Origin: Pseudomonas aeruginosa
Lineage (GTDB): Bacteria > Pseudomonadota > Gammaproteobacteria > Pseudomonadales > Pseudomonadaceae
Reading direction: 5' to 3'
Length of the DNA: 32,000 nucleotides
Assembly: GCF_001457615.1 (NCBI RefSeq)
Contig: NZ_LN831024.1
Coordinates: forward strand, 3,360,001 to 3,392,000
Shown here: positions 20,107-28,744 of the stretch, one piece after another
Position numbering within the stretch: position 1 is the first letter of the stretch
Layout of the letters: each line of letters starts with the position of its first letter
Made by a program: the position numbers and the translations under genes
Notes under the pieces: model-generated
The model's database searches: none
What the model was told of the DNA's origin: nothing
What the model saw: the letters and a program-made list of their open reading frames with translations, nothing else

Positions 20107-20136
20107 AATATGCGTCTATCTGACAGATTCTGTCAA
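20107..20136 (-). promoter_or_regulatory. candidate sigma-70 promoter of the rbsBACRK operon
   Basis: On the minus strand: TTGACA (20131..20136), an 18-nt spacer, then CATATT (20107..20112). The -35 is embedded in a second palindrome, TGACAG-att-CTGTCA (20121..20135). Confidence 0.45.
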
Positions 20137-20244
20137 TCGCCACGAGCAACTGTCGCGAACCGGTCGGGATCGGTTGGATTCTAGTTCGCTACGGCTGGGA
20201 AACGCAGGATATTTTGCCTGGCTGGCAGATCTCCCGCCGCCCAC

Positions 20245-21573
<1,329 letters not shown>

Positions 21574-21708
21574 GTGTGCTCCTTTGCGGCGCCAATTCTT
21601 TGAACCGTCATAAAAACGGCATGTTGGCGCTCTGAAAGGAAAATCTAGCAATTTTTTGACGCGCGAAAGTGAATCTTTGTTTATATCGCCAATGCCGAAA
21701 TCGTCTTA

Positions 21709-23196
21709 TCAGTCGTAGCCGCGACGCTTGACTTCCAGGCGCCGGACGAACTCCTCCAGGACCAGCTTGTAGAGGTCGTCGCCGAGGTAGACATCTTCCA
21801 CCCCGCAGTCGATGTTCGGGTTGTCGTTCACCTCGATCACCACCACCTTGTCGCCGGCCTGCTTCAGGTCCACCCCGTAGAGGCCGTCGCCGATCAGATT
21901 GGCGGTCTTCACCGCCAGCTCCACCACCTTGCGCGGCGCCTCGTGCACGGGCATGGTGCGGAAATCGCCGCTGACCTCCTCGGCGTCCGGGCTGTGGTCG
22001 TAGATCTGCCAGTGGCCCTTGGACATGAAGTACTGGCAGGCGAAGATCGGCTTGCGGTTGAGCACGCCGATACGCCAGTCGTACTCGGTATAGAAGAACT
22101 CCTGGGCAAGGATCAGCACCGAGCGCTCGAACAGCTCGGCGCTGGCCGCCAGCAACTGCTCCTGGTCCTCCACCTTGATCACCCCGCGCGAGAAGCTGCC
22201 GTCGGGAATCTTCAGCACTAGCGGGAAGCCCAGGCGCTCGCCGACCTTCTCCAGTTCCTGCGGGTTCTCCTTGTAGAGAATCTCGGTGGCCGGCATGCCC
22301 AGCTTGTGGCTGCGCAGCAGGTCGGCCAGGTACACCTTGTTGGTGCAGCGCAGGATCGACACCGGGTCGTCCATCACCACCAACCCTTCGCTCTCGGCCT
22401 TCTTGGCGAAACGGTAGGTGTGATCGGCGACATTGGTGGTCTCGCGGATGAACAGCGCGTCGTACTCGGCGATCCGCGAATAGTCCTTGCGCTCGATCAG
22501 GTCGACGTCGATGCCGAGGCTGCGGCCGACCCGCACGAAGTTCTTCAGCGCCTTGGCGTCGGAGGGCGGGAACGCCTCGCCGGGGTCGTGGAGGATCGCC
22601 AGGTCGTAGCGGAACGGCTTGCGCGAACGCGGCTTGCGCCAGATCTGCCGACTGAAGCTGTCCAGGGCGTTGGCGAAGAGGTCTTCCTGGTCCTCGCGCA
22701 GCTTGTGGATGGCGCCGGGCTTGATGCCCTCGATGTGCCAGGTGCGGTTGCGCTTGAACTCCACCAGCAGCAACGGGCAGGGAAACGCCTCGAACAGTTG
22801 TCGCGCCAGGTCCTGCAGCGGCTCGATATCGGTACGGCCGAAATACAGGGTCAGGGTGAAACCATCGGTGCTGCCGTAGGGGTGCGCGGCCAGGGCCTTG
22901 TCCAGGGTGCGATCCAGATCTTCCAGGACCAGGCTGTACAGCGACTTCCTGGCCAGCTCGCTGATGGTCCGCACCGAGGGGATCACCTTGTGCCCGCGCG
23001 CCTCGGCGAGCAGCGAGCAGTAGTAGCCATGGCGCAGGTACTTGTAGTGCCGGCACAGGTTGATCACCTGGACCCGCTTGCCAGTGTCGTCGTCGATGGG
23101 CAGTTCCAGGTATTCCTGGGCGGTGACCACATCCTCGCTGGGGTAATAGGACGTCCAGTCTTCCTTGCGTTCCACGATGATGAACAGCTTGCTCAC
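21709..23196 (-). CDS. RimK-like ATP-grasp ligase with an extra N-terminal domain of about 200 aa (RLAN-type architecture as I recall it)
   Basis: The GTG start at 23196 follows GGGAGG. ATP-grasp motifs are GFPLVLKIPDGSFSRGV, EFFYTEYDWRIGVLNRK and GLYGVDLKQAGDKVVVIEVNDNP. The N-terminal part begins SKLFIIVERKEDW...CRHYKYLRHGYYCSLLAEARGHKVIPS. Confidence 0.85.
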   Translation of the reverse strand: MSKLFIIVERKEDWTSYYPSEDVVTAQEYLELPIDDDTGKRVQVINLCRHYKYLRHGYYCSLLAEARGHKVIPSVRTISELARKSLYSLVLEDLDRTLDKALAAHPYGSTDGFTLTLYFGRTDIEPLQDLARQLFEAFPCPLLLVEFKRNRTWHIEGIKPGAIHKLREDQEDLFANALDSFSRQIWRKPRSRKPFRYDLAILHDPGEAFPPSDAKALKNFVRVGRSLGIDVDLIERKDYSRIAEYDALFIRETTNVADHTYRFAKKAESEGLVVMDDPVSILRCTNKVYLADLLRSHKLGMPATEILYKENPQELEKVGERLGFPLVLKIPDGSFSRGVIKVEDQEQLLAASAELFERSVLILAQEFFYTEYDWRIGVLNRKPIFACQYFMSKGHWQIYDHSPDAEEVSGDFRTMPVHEAPRKVVELAVKTANLIGDGLYGVDLKQAGDKVVVIEVNDNPNIDCGVEDVYLGDDLYKLVLEEFVRRLEVKRRGYD

Positions 23197-23386
23197 GACA
23201 CCTCCCGGGGTGACAGCGAAACCACGGCGCATTCGGAACCGGCTTGCCGGCGCACGCATCCCGGCCAATACTCGGCGGGAATCCCTTGCGAAACCGCTCT
23301 ATGGCGCCTGCCAGCAAACCGAAGCGTACAGCACCCATTACAGCACGCCCGCGCGGAAGTTCCCGCCCGCGGCCGTGGAGACCGCT

Positions 23387-24484
23387 ATGAACCTGACCCT
23401 CCGCCCGGCCGGTGTGGACGACCTGTCCGCCCTGGTCGAGCTGGAAAACCGCTGCTTCGACTACGATCGCCTGTCCCGCCGCAACTTCCAGTGGATGCTC
23501 ACCCGCGCCCACGCCAGCCTGACGGTAGCCGAGGGCGACGGCGGCGTGCTCGGCTACGCCCTGGTGCTGTTCCACGAAGGCACCTCGCTGGCCCGCCTCT
23601 ACTCCATCGCCATCGACCCGCGCGCCCGCGGCATCGGCCTCGGCCAGAAGCTGCTGGAAGCCGCCGAGCAGGCCGCGCGGGACAACGACCGCGCCTACAT
23701 GCGCCTGGAAGTGCGCCCGGACAACCGTGGCGCCATCGCCCTCTACGAGCGCAACGGCTACCGTCCCTTCGCCACCGTGCGCGACTACTACGAGGACCAC
23801 AGCGAAGCGCTGCGCTTCGAGAAACGCATCCGCAACCCCGGCCACGACCAGCGCCGCCACGTGCCCTTCTACCGGCAGACCACCGATTTCACCTGCGGCC
23901 CGGCCTGCCTGCTGATGGCCATGGGCGCACTGCAACCGGAACGCCAGTTGACCCGCAGCGAGGAACTGCGCCTGTGGCGCGAGGCGACCACCATCTACAT
24001 GACCGCCGGGCACGGCGGCTGTAGCCCCCAGGGCCTGGCGCTGGCCGCCTGGCGGCGCGGCTTCCGGGTCAAGCTGGTACTGTCCGCCGGCGGCCCGCTG
24101 TTCCTCGACGGCGTACGCAACGAAGACAAGAAGGCAGTGATGCGCCTGGTCCACGAGGACTTCTGCGAGGAACTGGACGCCTCGGGCGTCGAGCAGAAGC
24201 GCTCGGCCAGGCTCGACATCCCGCGTCAGCTGGCCAGGGGCGGCCAGCCGCTGGTGCTGATCAGCAGCTACCGCCTGACCCGCTCCAAGGCCCCGCACTG
24301 GGTGCTGGTCACCCACTACGACGAGGACTTCGTCTACCTCCACGATCCCGACGTCGACCACAGCCAGCACCGCCAGCCGCTGGATTGCCAGCACATCCCG
24401 GTAAGCCACGCCGAGTTCGACAAGATGAGCCGCTTCGGCCGCAGCAAGCTGCGCGCGGCGGTGATCCTGTTCAACCCGGAATGA
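23387..24484 (+). CDS. GNAT acetyltransferase fused to a papain-fold (C39-like) cysteine peptidase domain
   Basis: The GNAT acetyl-CoA motif RARGIGLG lies at 23621..23644. In the peptidase half, Q164 and the catalytic-type C170 sit in RQTTDFTCGPACLLMAMG (Cys codon 23894..23896), followed by H304 in APHWVLVTH (24296..24298) and LHDPD. A GGAG RBS is present. The gene is divergent from the ATP-grasp gene. Confidence 0.85.
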   Translation: MNLTLRPAGVDDLSALVELENRCFDYDRLSRRNFQWMLTRAHASLTVAEGDGGVLGYALVLFHEGTSLARLYSIAIDPRARGIGLGQKLLEAAEQAARDNDRAYMRLEVRPDNRGAIALYERNGYRPFATVRDYYEDHSEALRFEKRIRNPGHDQRRHVPFYRQTTDFTCGPACLLMAMGALQPERQLTRSEELRLWREATTIYMTAGHGGCSPQGLALAAWRRGFRVKLVLSAGGPLFLDGVRNEDKKAVMRLVHEDFCEELDASGVEQKRSARLDIPRQLARGGQPLVLISSYRLTRSKAPHWVLVTHYDEDFVYLHDPDVDHSQHRQPLDCQHIPVSHAEFDKMSRFGRSKLRAAVILFNPE

Positions 24485-24493
24485 TCCGCATCG

Positions 24494-24511
24494 CCCCGCC
24501 CTGCGGCGGGG
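24494..24511 (+). terminator. GC hairpin after the GNAT-peptidase gene (weak terminator, no U-tract)
   Basis: CCCCGCC-ctgc-GGCGGGG starts 10 nt after the stop and is followed by agatgttct. Confidence 0.3.
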
Positions 24512-24588
24512 AGATGTTCTCGCCTATCAATCAATTCCATCGATAGTGGCTAGTGAGACTATCCATTTTTCATTCGCCAACGCCGATG

Positions 24589-24617
24589 TTTACATAGTCG
24601 CCAGATCCCCGAATAAC
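24589..24617 (+). promoter_or_regulatory. candidate sigma-70 promoter for the micro-ORF pair
   Basis: TTTACA (24589..24594), a 17-nt spacer, then AATAAC (24612..24617). It lies about 25 nt upstream of the ATG at 24642. Confidence 0.3.
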
Positions 24618-24641
24618 CAGAACGGAACTGGAGACGACACC

Positions 24642-24776
24642 ATGAGCTACTCCGCCAAATCCTTCTCGGCCCTGATCAATGCCATGCGCGCCGACGGCAT
24701 CACCCGCCTGGAACAACTGGCCCGCCAGCCCTTCCGCAACGCCCAGGGCTTCTGGAGCGCGGAGGCGAAGAAATGA
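24642..24776 (+). CDS. 44-aa hypothetical small protein
   Basis: MSYSAKSFSALINAMRADGITRLEQLARQPFRNAQGFWSAEAKK. A GGAG lies 8 nt upstream. 39 of 44 codons end in G/C (counted by hand). The stop overlaps the next start. Confidence 0.45.
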   Translation: MSYSAKSFSALINAMRADGITRLEQLARQPFRNAQGFWSAEAKK

Positions 24777-24859
24777 AAGCCCTGCTCGACCGCCGTACCG
24801 ATCCCACCTGGATGCTCTACGCCGCAATCATCGCCTGGCTGGCCTTCTCCGGTCTCTGA
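24773..24859 (+). CDS. 28-aa hypothetical membrane micro-protein
   Basis: MKALLDRRTDPTWMLYAAIIAWLAFSGL. A strong GGAGG lies 7 nt upstream, inside the preceding ORF. It overlaps that ORF by ATGA. 23 of 28 codons are G/C-ending. It has one hydrophobic helix. It is below the ORF-track length cutoff. Confidence 0.4.
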   Translation: MKALLDRRTDPTWMLYAAIIAWLAFSGL

Positions 24860-25024
24860 CCGGCAGGCCACCGGCGCCTCGCCCTGCCGTTCCACAACGC
24901 TCCGGCGTCCGCCTTTCTCCGGTGAAATACCGAGCTTTCGTCGCCAACATCGCCAGGCGAGGCCTGCGCAAACGTTTCACCCGTTCGCTGTCAAGAAAAC
25001 CTTGTCAAAAAAGCTGATAGCAGC

Positions 25025-25053
25025 TTGCCAATATGCCAACGCCTTGGCATAAC
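25025..25053 (+). promoter_or_regulatory. candidate promoter with embedded 20-bp palindromic operator upstream of the di-haem gene
   Basis: TTGCCA (25025..25030), a 17-nt spacer, then CATAAC (25048..25053). The spacer is covered by the perfect palindrome TATGCCAA-cgcc-TTGGCATA (25032..25051). Confidence 0.35.
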
Positions 25054-25086
25054 GGTGCCCAAAAAAGGCCTACAAGGACGTTCCTG

Positions 25087-26982
25087 ATGCGCACCGTGAA
25101 AAAGGCTCTGCTGGTTGTCGGCGTGATCGTGCTGGCGGTCGTCGGGGTGGTGGTCTACTACGTCGCCAATCCCAACCTGCCCCACTACCAGGCGCCGAGC
25201 GAGGTACGCTACCTGCCGCAATGGCAGGACGAGGCCCGCCAGCGCTTCTACTACACGCCCCAGGGCACCCTGGTGAAGGGCCTGCACTACGACTGGTTCA
25301 CCGCCCTCGAACTGCCCTTCTCCGAAGAACCCTTCGCCGCCCCCGAATACCTCGCCCGCTTCGGCTTCCTCGTCGATCCGCAGCAGAAGGCCAGCGACCT
25401 CAACCCCGGCAACCTGCCGGTGGGCTTCAGCCAGCACCGCGACGAGAAGACCGGCACCCGCTACCTGGACATCACCTGCGCCGCCTGCCACACCGGCGAA
25501 CTGCGCTACCAGGGCAAGTCGCTGCGCATCGACGGCGGCGCCGCCATGCACTCCATCGCCGCCACCGTGCCGACCCTGCGCGGCGGCGCCTTCGGCCAGG
25601 CGCTCGGCGCGAGCATGGCCGCCACCTACTACAACCCGTTCAAGTTCAACCGCTTCGCCAGGAAAGTCCTCGGCGAACGCTACGAACAGGACAAGTCGCA
25701 ACTGCGCGCCGACTTCAAGGCCGTACTCGACACCCTCCTGCGCACCGCCTGGAACGACACCCGCCGCCACCTCTACCCCACCGAGGAAGGCCCCGGCCGC
25801 ACCGACGCCTTCGGGCGCATCGCCAACAGCGTCTTCGGCGATGCCATCGACCCGGGCAACTACCGCGTCGCCAACGCCCCGGTGAGCTATCCGCAGGTCT
25901 GGGACATCTGGAAATTCGACTGGGTGCAATGGAACGGCTCGGCCATGCAGCCGATGGCGCGCAATATCGGCGAGGCCCTCGGCGTCGGCGCGCGCCTGCA
26001 GATCTTCGACGAGCACGGCCAGCCGCTGCAGGGCGAGCAGCGCTACGCCTCCAGCGTACGCCTGCACGACCTGCACGCCCTGGAAGAAACCCTGCAACAA
26101 CTGAAACCACCGACCTGGCCGGAAGACCTCTTCGGCCGCATCGACCTGCAACGCGCCTCCCAGGGCCGCGCCCTGTTCGAAGCCAACTGCGCCTTCTGCC
26201 ATGCGCCCAAGGTGCAACCGGCGGAATACGCCGCCCCCGGACGCAATCCCGAGTGGCGCATGCACATGGTGCCGACCGAGGTGATCGGCACCGATCCGAC
26301 CACCGCCGACAACATCGCCGACCACCGCTACGACCTGCGCAAGCTCGGCTGGAGCGTCGACGAACTGGCGCGGATGAACGTCCAACTGATCGGCGCCGAT
26401 CCGCAGCAACTCGACCTCTCGCAACTGTCCTCGGCCAAGGGCCTGGCCTACATCACCGCCTTCGTCGAGCAGCGCGCCTACCGGGACGCCGGCATCCCGC
26501 CGGAACAGCAGAAGACCATGAACGGCTTCGACCTGCCGATCGGCGTACAGGAACTGCGCGCCTACAAGGCCCGCCCGCTGGACGGCGTCTGGGCGACCCC
26601 GCCGTTCCTGCACAACGGCTCGGTGCCCAACCTGTTCCAACTGCTCTCCCCGGCCGCCGAACGCTCGCCGCAGTTCTACGTCGGCACCTTCGAATTCGAT
26701 CCGAAATTCGTTGGATTCCGCACCGAGAAATTCCCCGGCGGCTTCCTCCTCGACACCCGTCTCACCGGCAACCGCAACAGCGGCCACGAATTCCGCGACG
26801 GCTGCCGGCAGAACGGCGTGATCGGCCGCGCCCTCAGCCCGGAAGAACGCTGGGCGCTGGTGGAATACCTGAAGGTGCTCGGCAACCCCGAATTCGAGCG
26901 CCGCCTGGTCCCGGCCCAGACCCCACCCTGGCCGCCCGGCCCGAAATGCCCGGCGCCGGAGCAACGGACCGCGCAACGCTGA
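25087..26982 (+). CDS. membrane-anchored di-haem cytochrome c protein (CCP/MauG-superfamily-like, long form)
   Basis: The N-terminal signal-anchor is MRTVKKALLVVGVIVLAVVGVVVYYV. There are two CxxCH motifs: CAACH (25477..25491) and CAFCH (26188..26202), 237 aa apart. 631 aa. Confidence 0.85.
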   Translation: MRTVKKALLVVGVIVLAVVGVVVYYVANPNLPHYQAPSEVRYLPQWQDEARQRFYYTPQGTLVKGLHYDWFTALELPFSEEPFAAPEYLARFGFLVDPQQKASDLNPGNLPVGFSQHRDEKTGTRYLDITCAACHTGELRYQGKSLRIDGGAAMHSIAATVPTLRGGAFGQALGASMAATYYNPFKFNRFARKVLGERYEQDKSQLRADFKAVLDTLLRTAWNDTRRHLYPTEEGPGRTDAFGRIANSVFGDAIDPGNYRVANAPVSYPQVWDIWKFDWVQWNGSAMQPMARNIGEALGVGARLQIFDEHGQPLQGEQRYASSVRLHDLHALEETLQQLKPPTWPEDLFGRIDLQRASQGRALFEANCAFCHAPKVQPAEYAAPGRNPEWRMHMVPTEVIGTDPTTADNIADHRYDLRKLGWSVDELARMNVQLIGADPQQLDLSQLSSAKGLAYITAFVEQRAYRDAGIPPEQQKTMNGFDLPIGVQELRAYKARPLDGVWATPPFLHNGSVPNLFQLLSPAAERSPQFYVGTFEFDPKFVGFRTEKFPGGFLLDTRLTGNRNSGHEFRDGCRQNGVIGRALSPEERWALVEYLKVLGNPEFERRLVPAQTPPWPPGPKCPAPEQRTAQR

Positions 26983-27160
26983 ACCTGGGAAATGGAGAAG
27001 CGCGAGGCATGGCGCCGCCGCCCCTCTCCACCCCGAGCAGCCCCTCTCCCTTCAGGGGGGACGCCTGGCCAGAGGACGGGGAGAAGCAATCGTGGCGCAC
27101 TCCCCGCCCAAGAAGAATAAAAGCCCACAGCCAACGCACACCACCAAGGACACCCACTCC

Positions 27161-28300
27161 ATGCGCGCACTCCTCACCCACGCCTGGCTGTTCCTCGGCA
27201 AATGGCTCGGCCGCCTGCTCCTCCTGCTGCTGGCCGTCGGCCTCGGCGGCTGGGCCATCGGCAGCCTCTACTACGCCTGGAAATTCTCCGGCCCGGTGTC
27301 CGCGGAAGAGCAGATCGCCCCGGACGAAGCCCGCATCACCCAGGCGATCATCCAGGACGCCATCCGCGTGGTCGAACAGCACCGCGACAACACCCGCGTC
27401 CTGCGCGATGCCCACGCCAAGGCCCACGGCTGCGTGAAGGCCGAATTCAAGGTACGCGCCGACCTCGACCCAACCCTGCGTCGCGGCGTGTTCGCCGAAG
27501 CGGGCAAGAGCTGGAACGCCTGGGTGCGCTTCTCCAATGGCAACGCCTACCCGCAGTTCGACAGCAAGAACGACGCGCGCGGCATGGCCATCAAGCTGCT
27601 CGACGTGCCCGGCGAAAAACTCCTGCCCGGCCGCGGCCATGACGGCGAGCAGGACTTCGTCATGTTCAACCAGCCGGTGTTCTTCATCCGCGACATCGCC
27701 GAATACCGGCAGAACTTCGCCGCCCAGGCCGACGGCAAGAAAGCCCTGGCCTTCTTCCCCAACTGGAACCCCGCCAGTTGGGAACTGCGCCACCTGCTGA
27801 TCGCCCTGCGCACCCTCGCCCCCGCCCCGGACAGCCCGCTGCACGCCGGCTACAACGGCATCTCGCCGTACAAGCTGGGCGAACACAACATCAAGTTCCG
27901 CGTCGTCCCCGCCCCGGAGAAGTGCCCGGCCTACCAGCTACCGAAGCAGAACCAGGACCTGCCCAACTTCCTCCGCGCCGCCCTGTACCAGCAACTCTCC
28001 ATCGACCGCACCCCCGCCTGCTACGCCTTCCAGGTGCAGCGCCAGGACCCGGCCAAGTACATGCCCATCGAAGACACCAGCGTCGAATGGAAGGAGTCGG
28101 ACGCGCCCTTCGCTACCATAGCCGACATCATTGTGCCAGCTCAGGATTTCGATAGCCGGGAACAGAACCTGTTCTGTGACAACCTTTCGTTCAACCCCTG
28201 GCACGCGTTGCCGGAGCATCGGCCGATCGGCGGGATCAACCGGTTGCGGAAGGCGGTTTACGAGGCGGTCAGTGGGTATAGGTTGGGGAGGAATGGGTGA
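27161..28300 (+). CDS. membrane-anchored catalase-related haem protein (mini-catalase / catalase-like domain)
   Basis: The N-terminal TM is WLGRLLLLLLAVGLGGWAIGSLYY. The distal-His motif is RDAHAKAHG (His codon 27413..27415). ARGMAIKL is also present. The proximal ligand motif R-K-A-V-Y (Tyr codon 28259..28261) has the same R-x3-Y spacing as catalases. 379 aa. Confidence 0.85.
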   Translation: MRALLTHAWLFLGKWLGRLLLLLLAVGLGGWAIGSLYYAWKFSGPVSAEEQIAPDEARITQAIIQDAIRVVEQHRDNTRVLRDAHAKAHGCVKAEFKVRADLDPTLRRGVFAEAGKSWNAWVRFSNGNAYPQFDSKNDARGMAIKLLDVPGEKLLPGRGHDGEQDFVMFNQPVFFIRDIAEYRQNFAAQADGKKALAFFPNWNPASWELRHLLIALRTLAPAPDSPLHAGYNGISPYKLGEHNIKFRVVPAPEKCPAYQLPKQNQDLPNFLRAALYQQLSIDRTPACYAFQVQRQDPAKYMPIEDTSVEWKESDAPFATIADIIVPAQDFDSREQNLFCDNLSFNPWHALPEHRPIGGINRLRKAVYEAVSGYRLGRNG

Positions 28301-28412
28301 GGGATTGGGTGGAAGGTAGCTGCGTATGGAGGCTCTTATTGGTATGGATTTCGCCAATCTGGACTGGCAGAAAACGGCCAGAAGCGGTCTCTCACCTATT
28401 CACCCAGCAGCT

Positions 28413-28433
28413 AAAAAACCGCAGGTTTGCGGT
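28413..28433 (-). terminator. orphan minus-strand rho-independent terminator in the junction region
   Basis: The minus strand reads ACCGCA-aacc-TGCGGT followed by TTTTT. No convincing minus-strand gene lies upstream of it. Confidence 0.4.
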
Positions 28434-28744
28434 ACTCGCATGTCCACCTCAACGTCTGCGCCAACCTCCAATTGCTTTGCTGTCTGACAGTCGCCATTCA
28501 GATTTCTGCCATTCTGTCTACGATATCAATGGCTTTTTCTTGCCCACTGCTAGCGATCCGGACTAATTTCGGAATGTTCCAAAACGACCAAACAGGGAAA
28601 GGACGCAATGACAGTAGCCTCCCCCCAGTTCTGACTCCAAAAAAACAGGTCTAACGGATCGACACTGGAGATTATGCGACACACCATCGCAATGGAGATT
28701 GTAATATACCGTATCAATGACAATTTAGGTTATGGGCGAGACTT

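Noticed and set aside
15351-20107. Very long + strand ORFs (732 aa at 15351..17549; 721 aa at 17942..20107) across the rbs locus
   Set aside because: They overlap rbsR, rbsC, rbsA and rbsB, which all have unmistakable family motifs on the minus strand. Their translations are Arg/Gly/His/Gln-rich with no motifs. They are artefacts of stop-codon paucity in high-GC DNA.
23302-23316. TGGCGC-ctgc-cAGC resembling a sigma-54 promoter in the ATP-grasp/GNAT divergent region
   Set aside because: It has the same one-nucleotide spacing defect, and the -12 region lacks the TTGC context.
25045-25059. TGGCAT-aacgg-TGC resembling a sigma-54 -24/-12 promoter upstream of the di-haem gene
   Set aside because: The GC element is one nucleotide too close to the GG (G-to-G distance 11 instead of 12), and sigma-54 spacing is essentially invariant. 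The bases are better explained as the right arm of the 20-bp palindrome.
26994-27087. Direct repeats in the di-haem/catalase-like intergenic region: GCCCCTCTCC at 27020 and 27040, flanked by GGAGAAGC at 26994 and 27080. Considered as a MITE with target-site duplication.
   Set aside because: There are no terminal inverted repeats between the 8-mers. The repeats are short, low-complexity C/T- or G/A-rich strings, and nothing ties them to a mobile-element family from the sequence alone.
21608-27437. Long alternative-frame ORFs (933 aa minus at 21608..24409; 661 aa minus at 24991..26976; 738 aa plus at 25221..27437)
   Set aside because: They overlap the ATP-grasp, GNAT-peptidase, di-haem and catalase-like genes. 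Their translations are dominated by Arg/Pro/Gly/Ala, and they lack RBS-supported starts.
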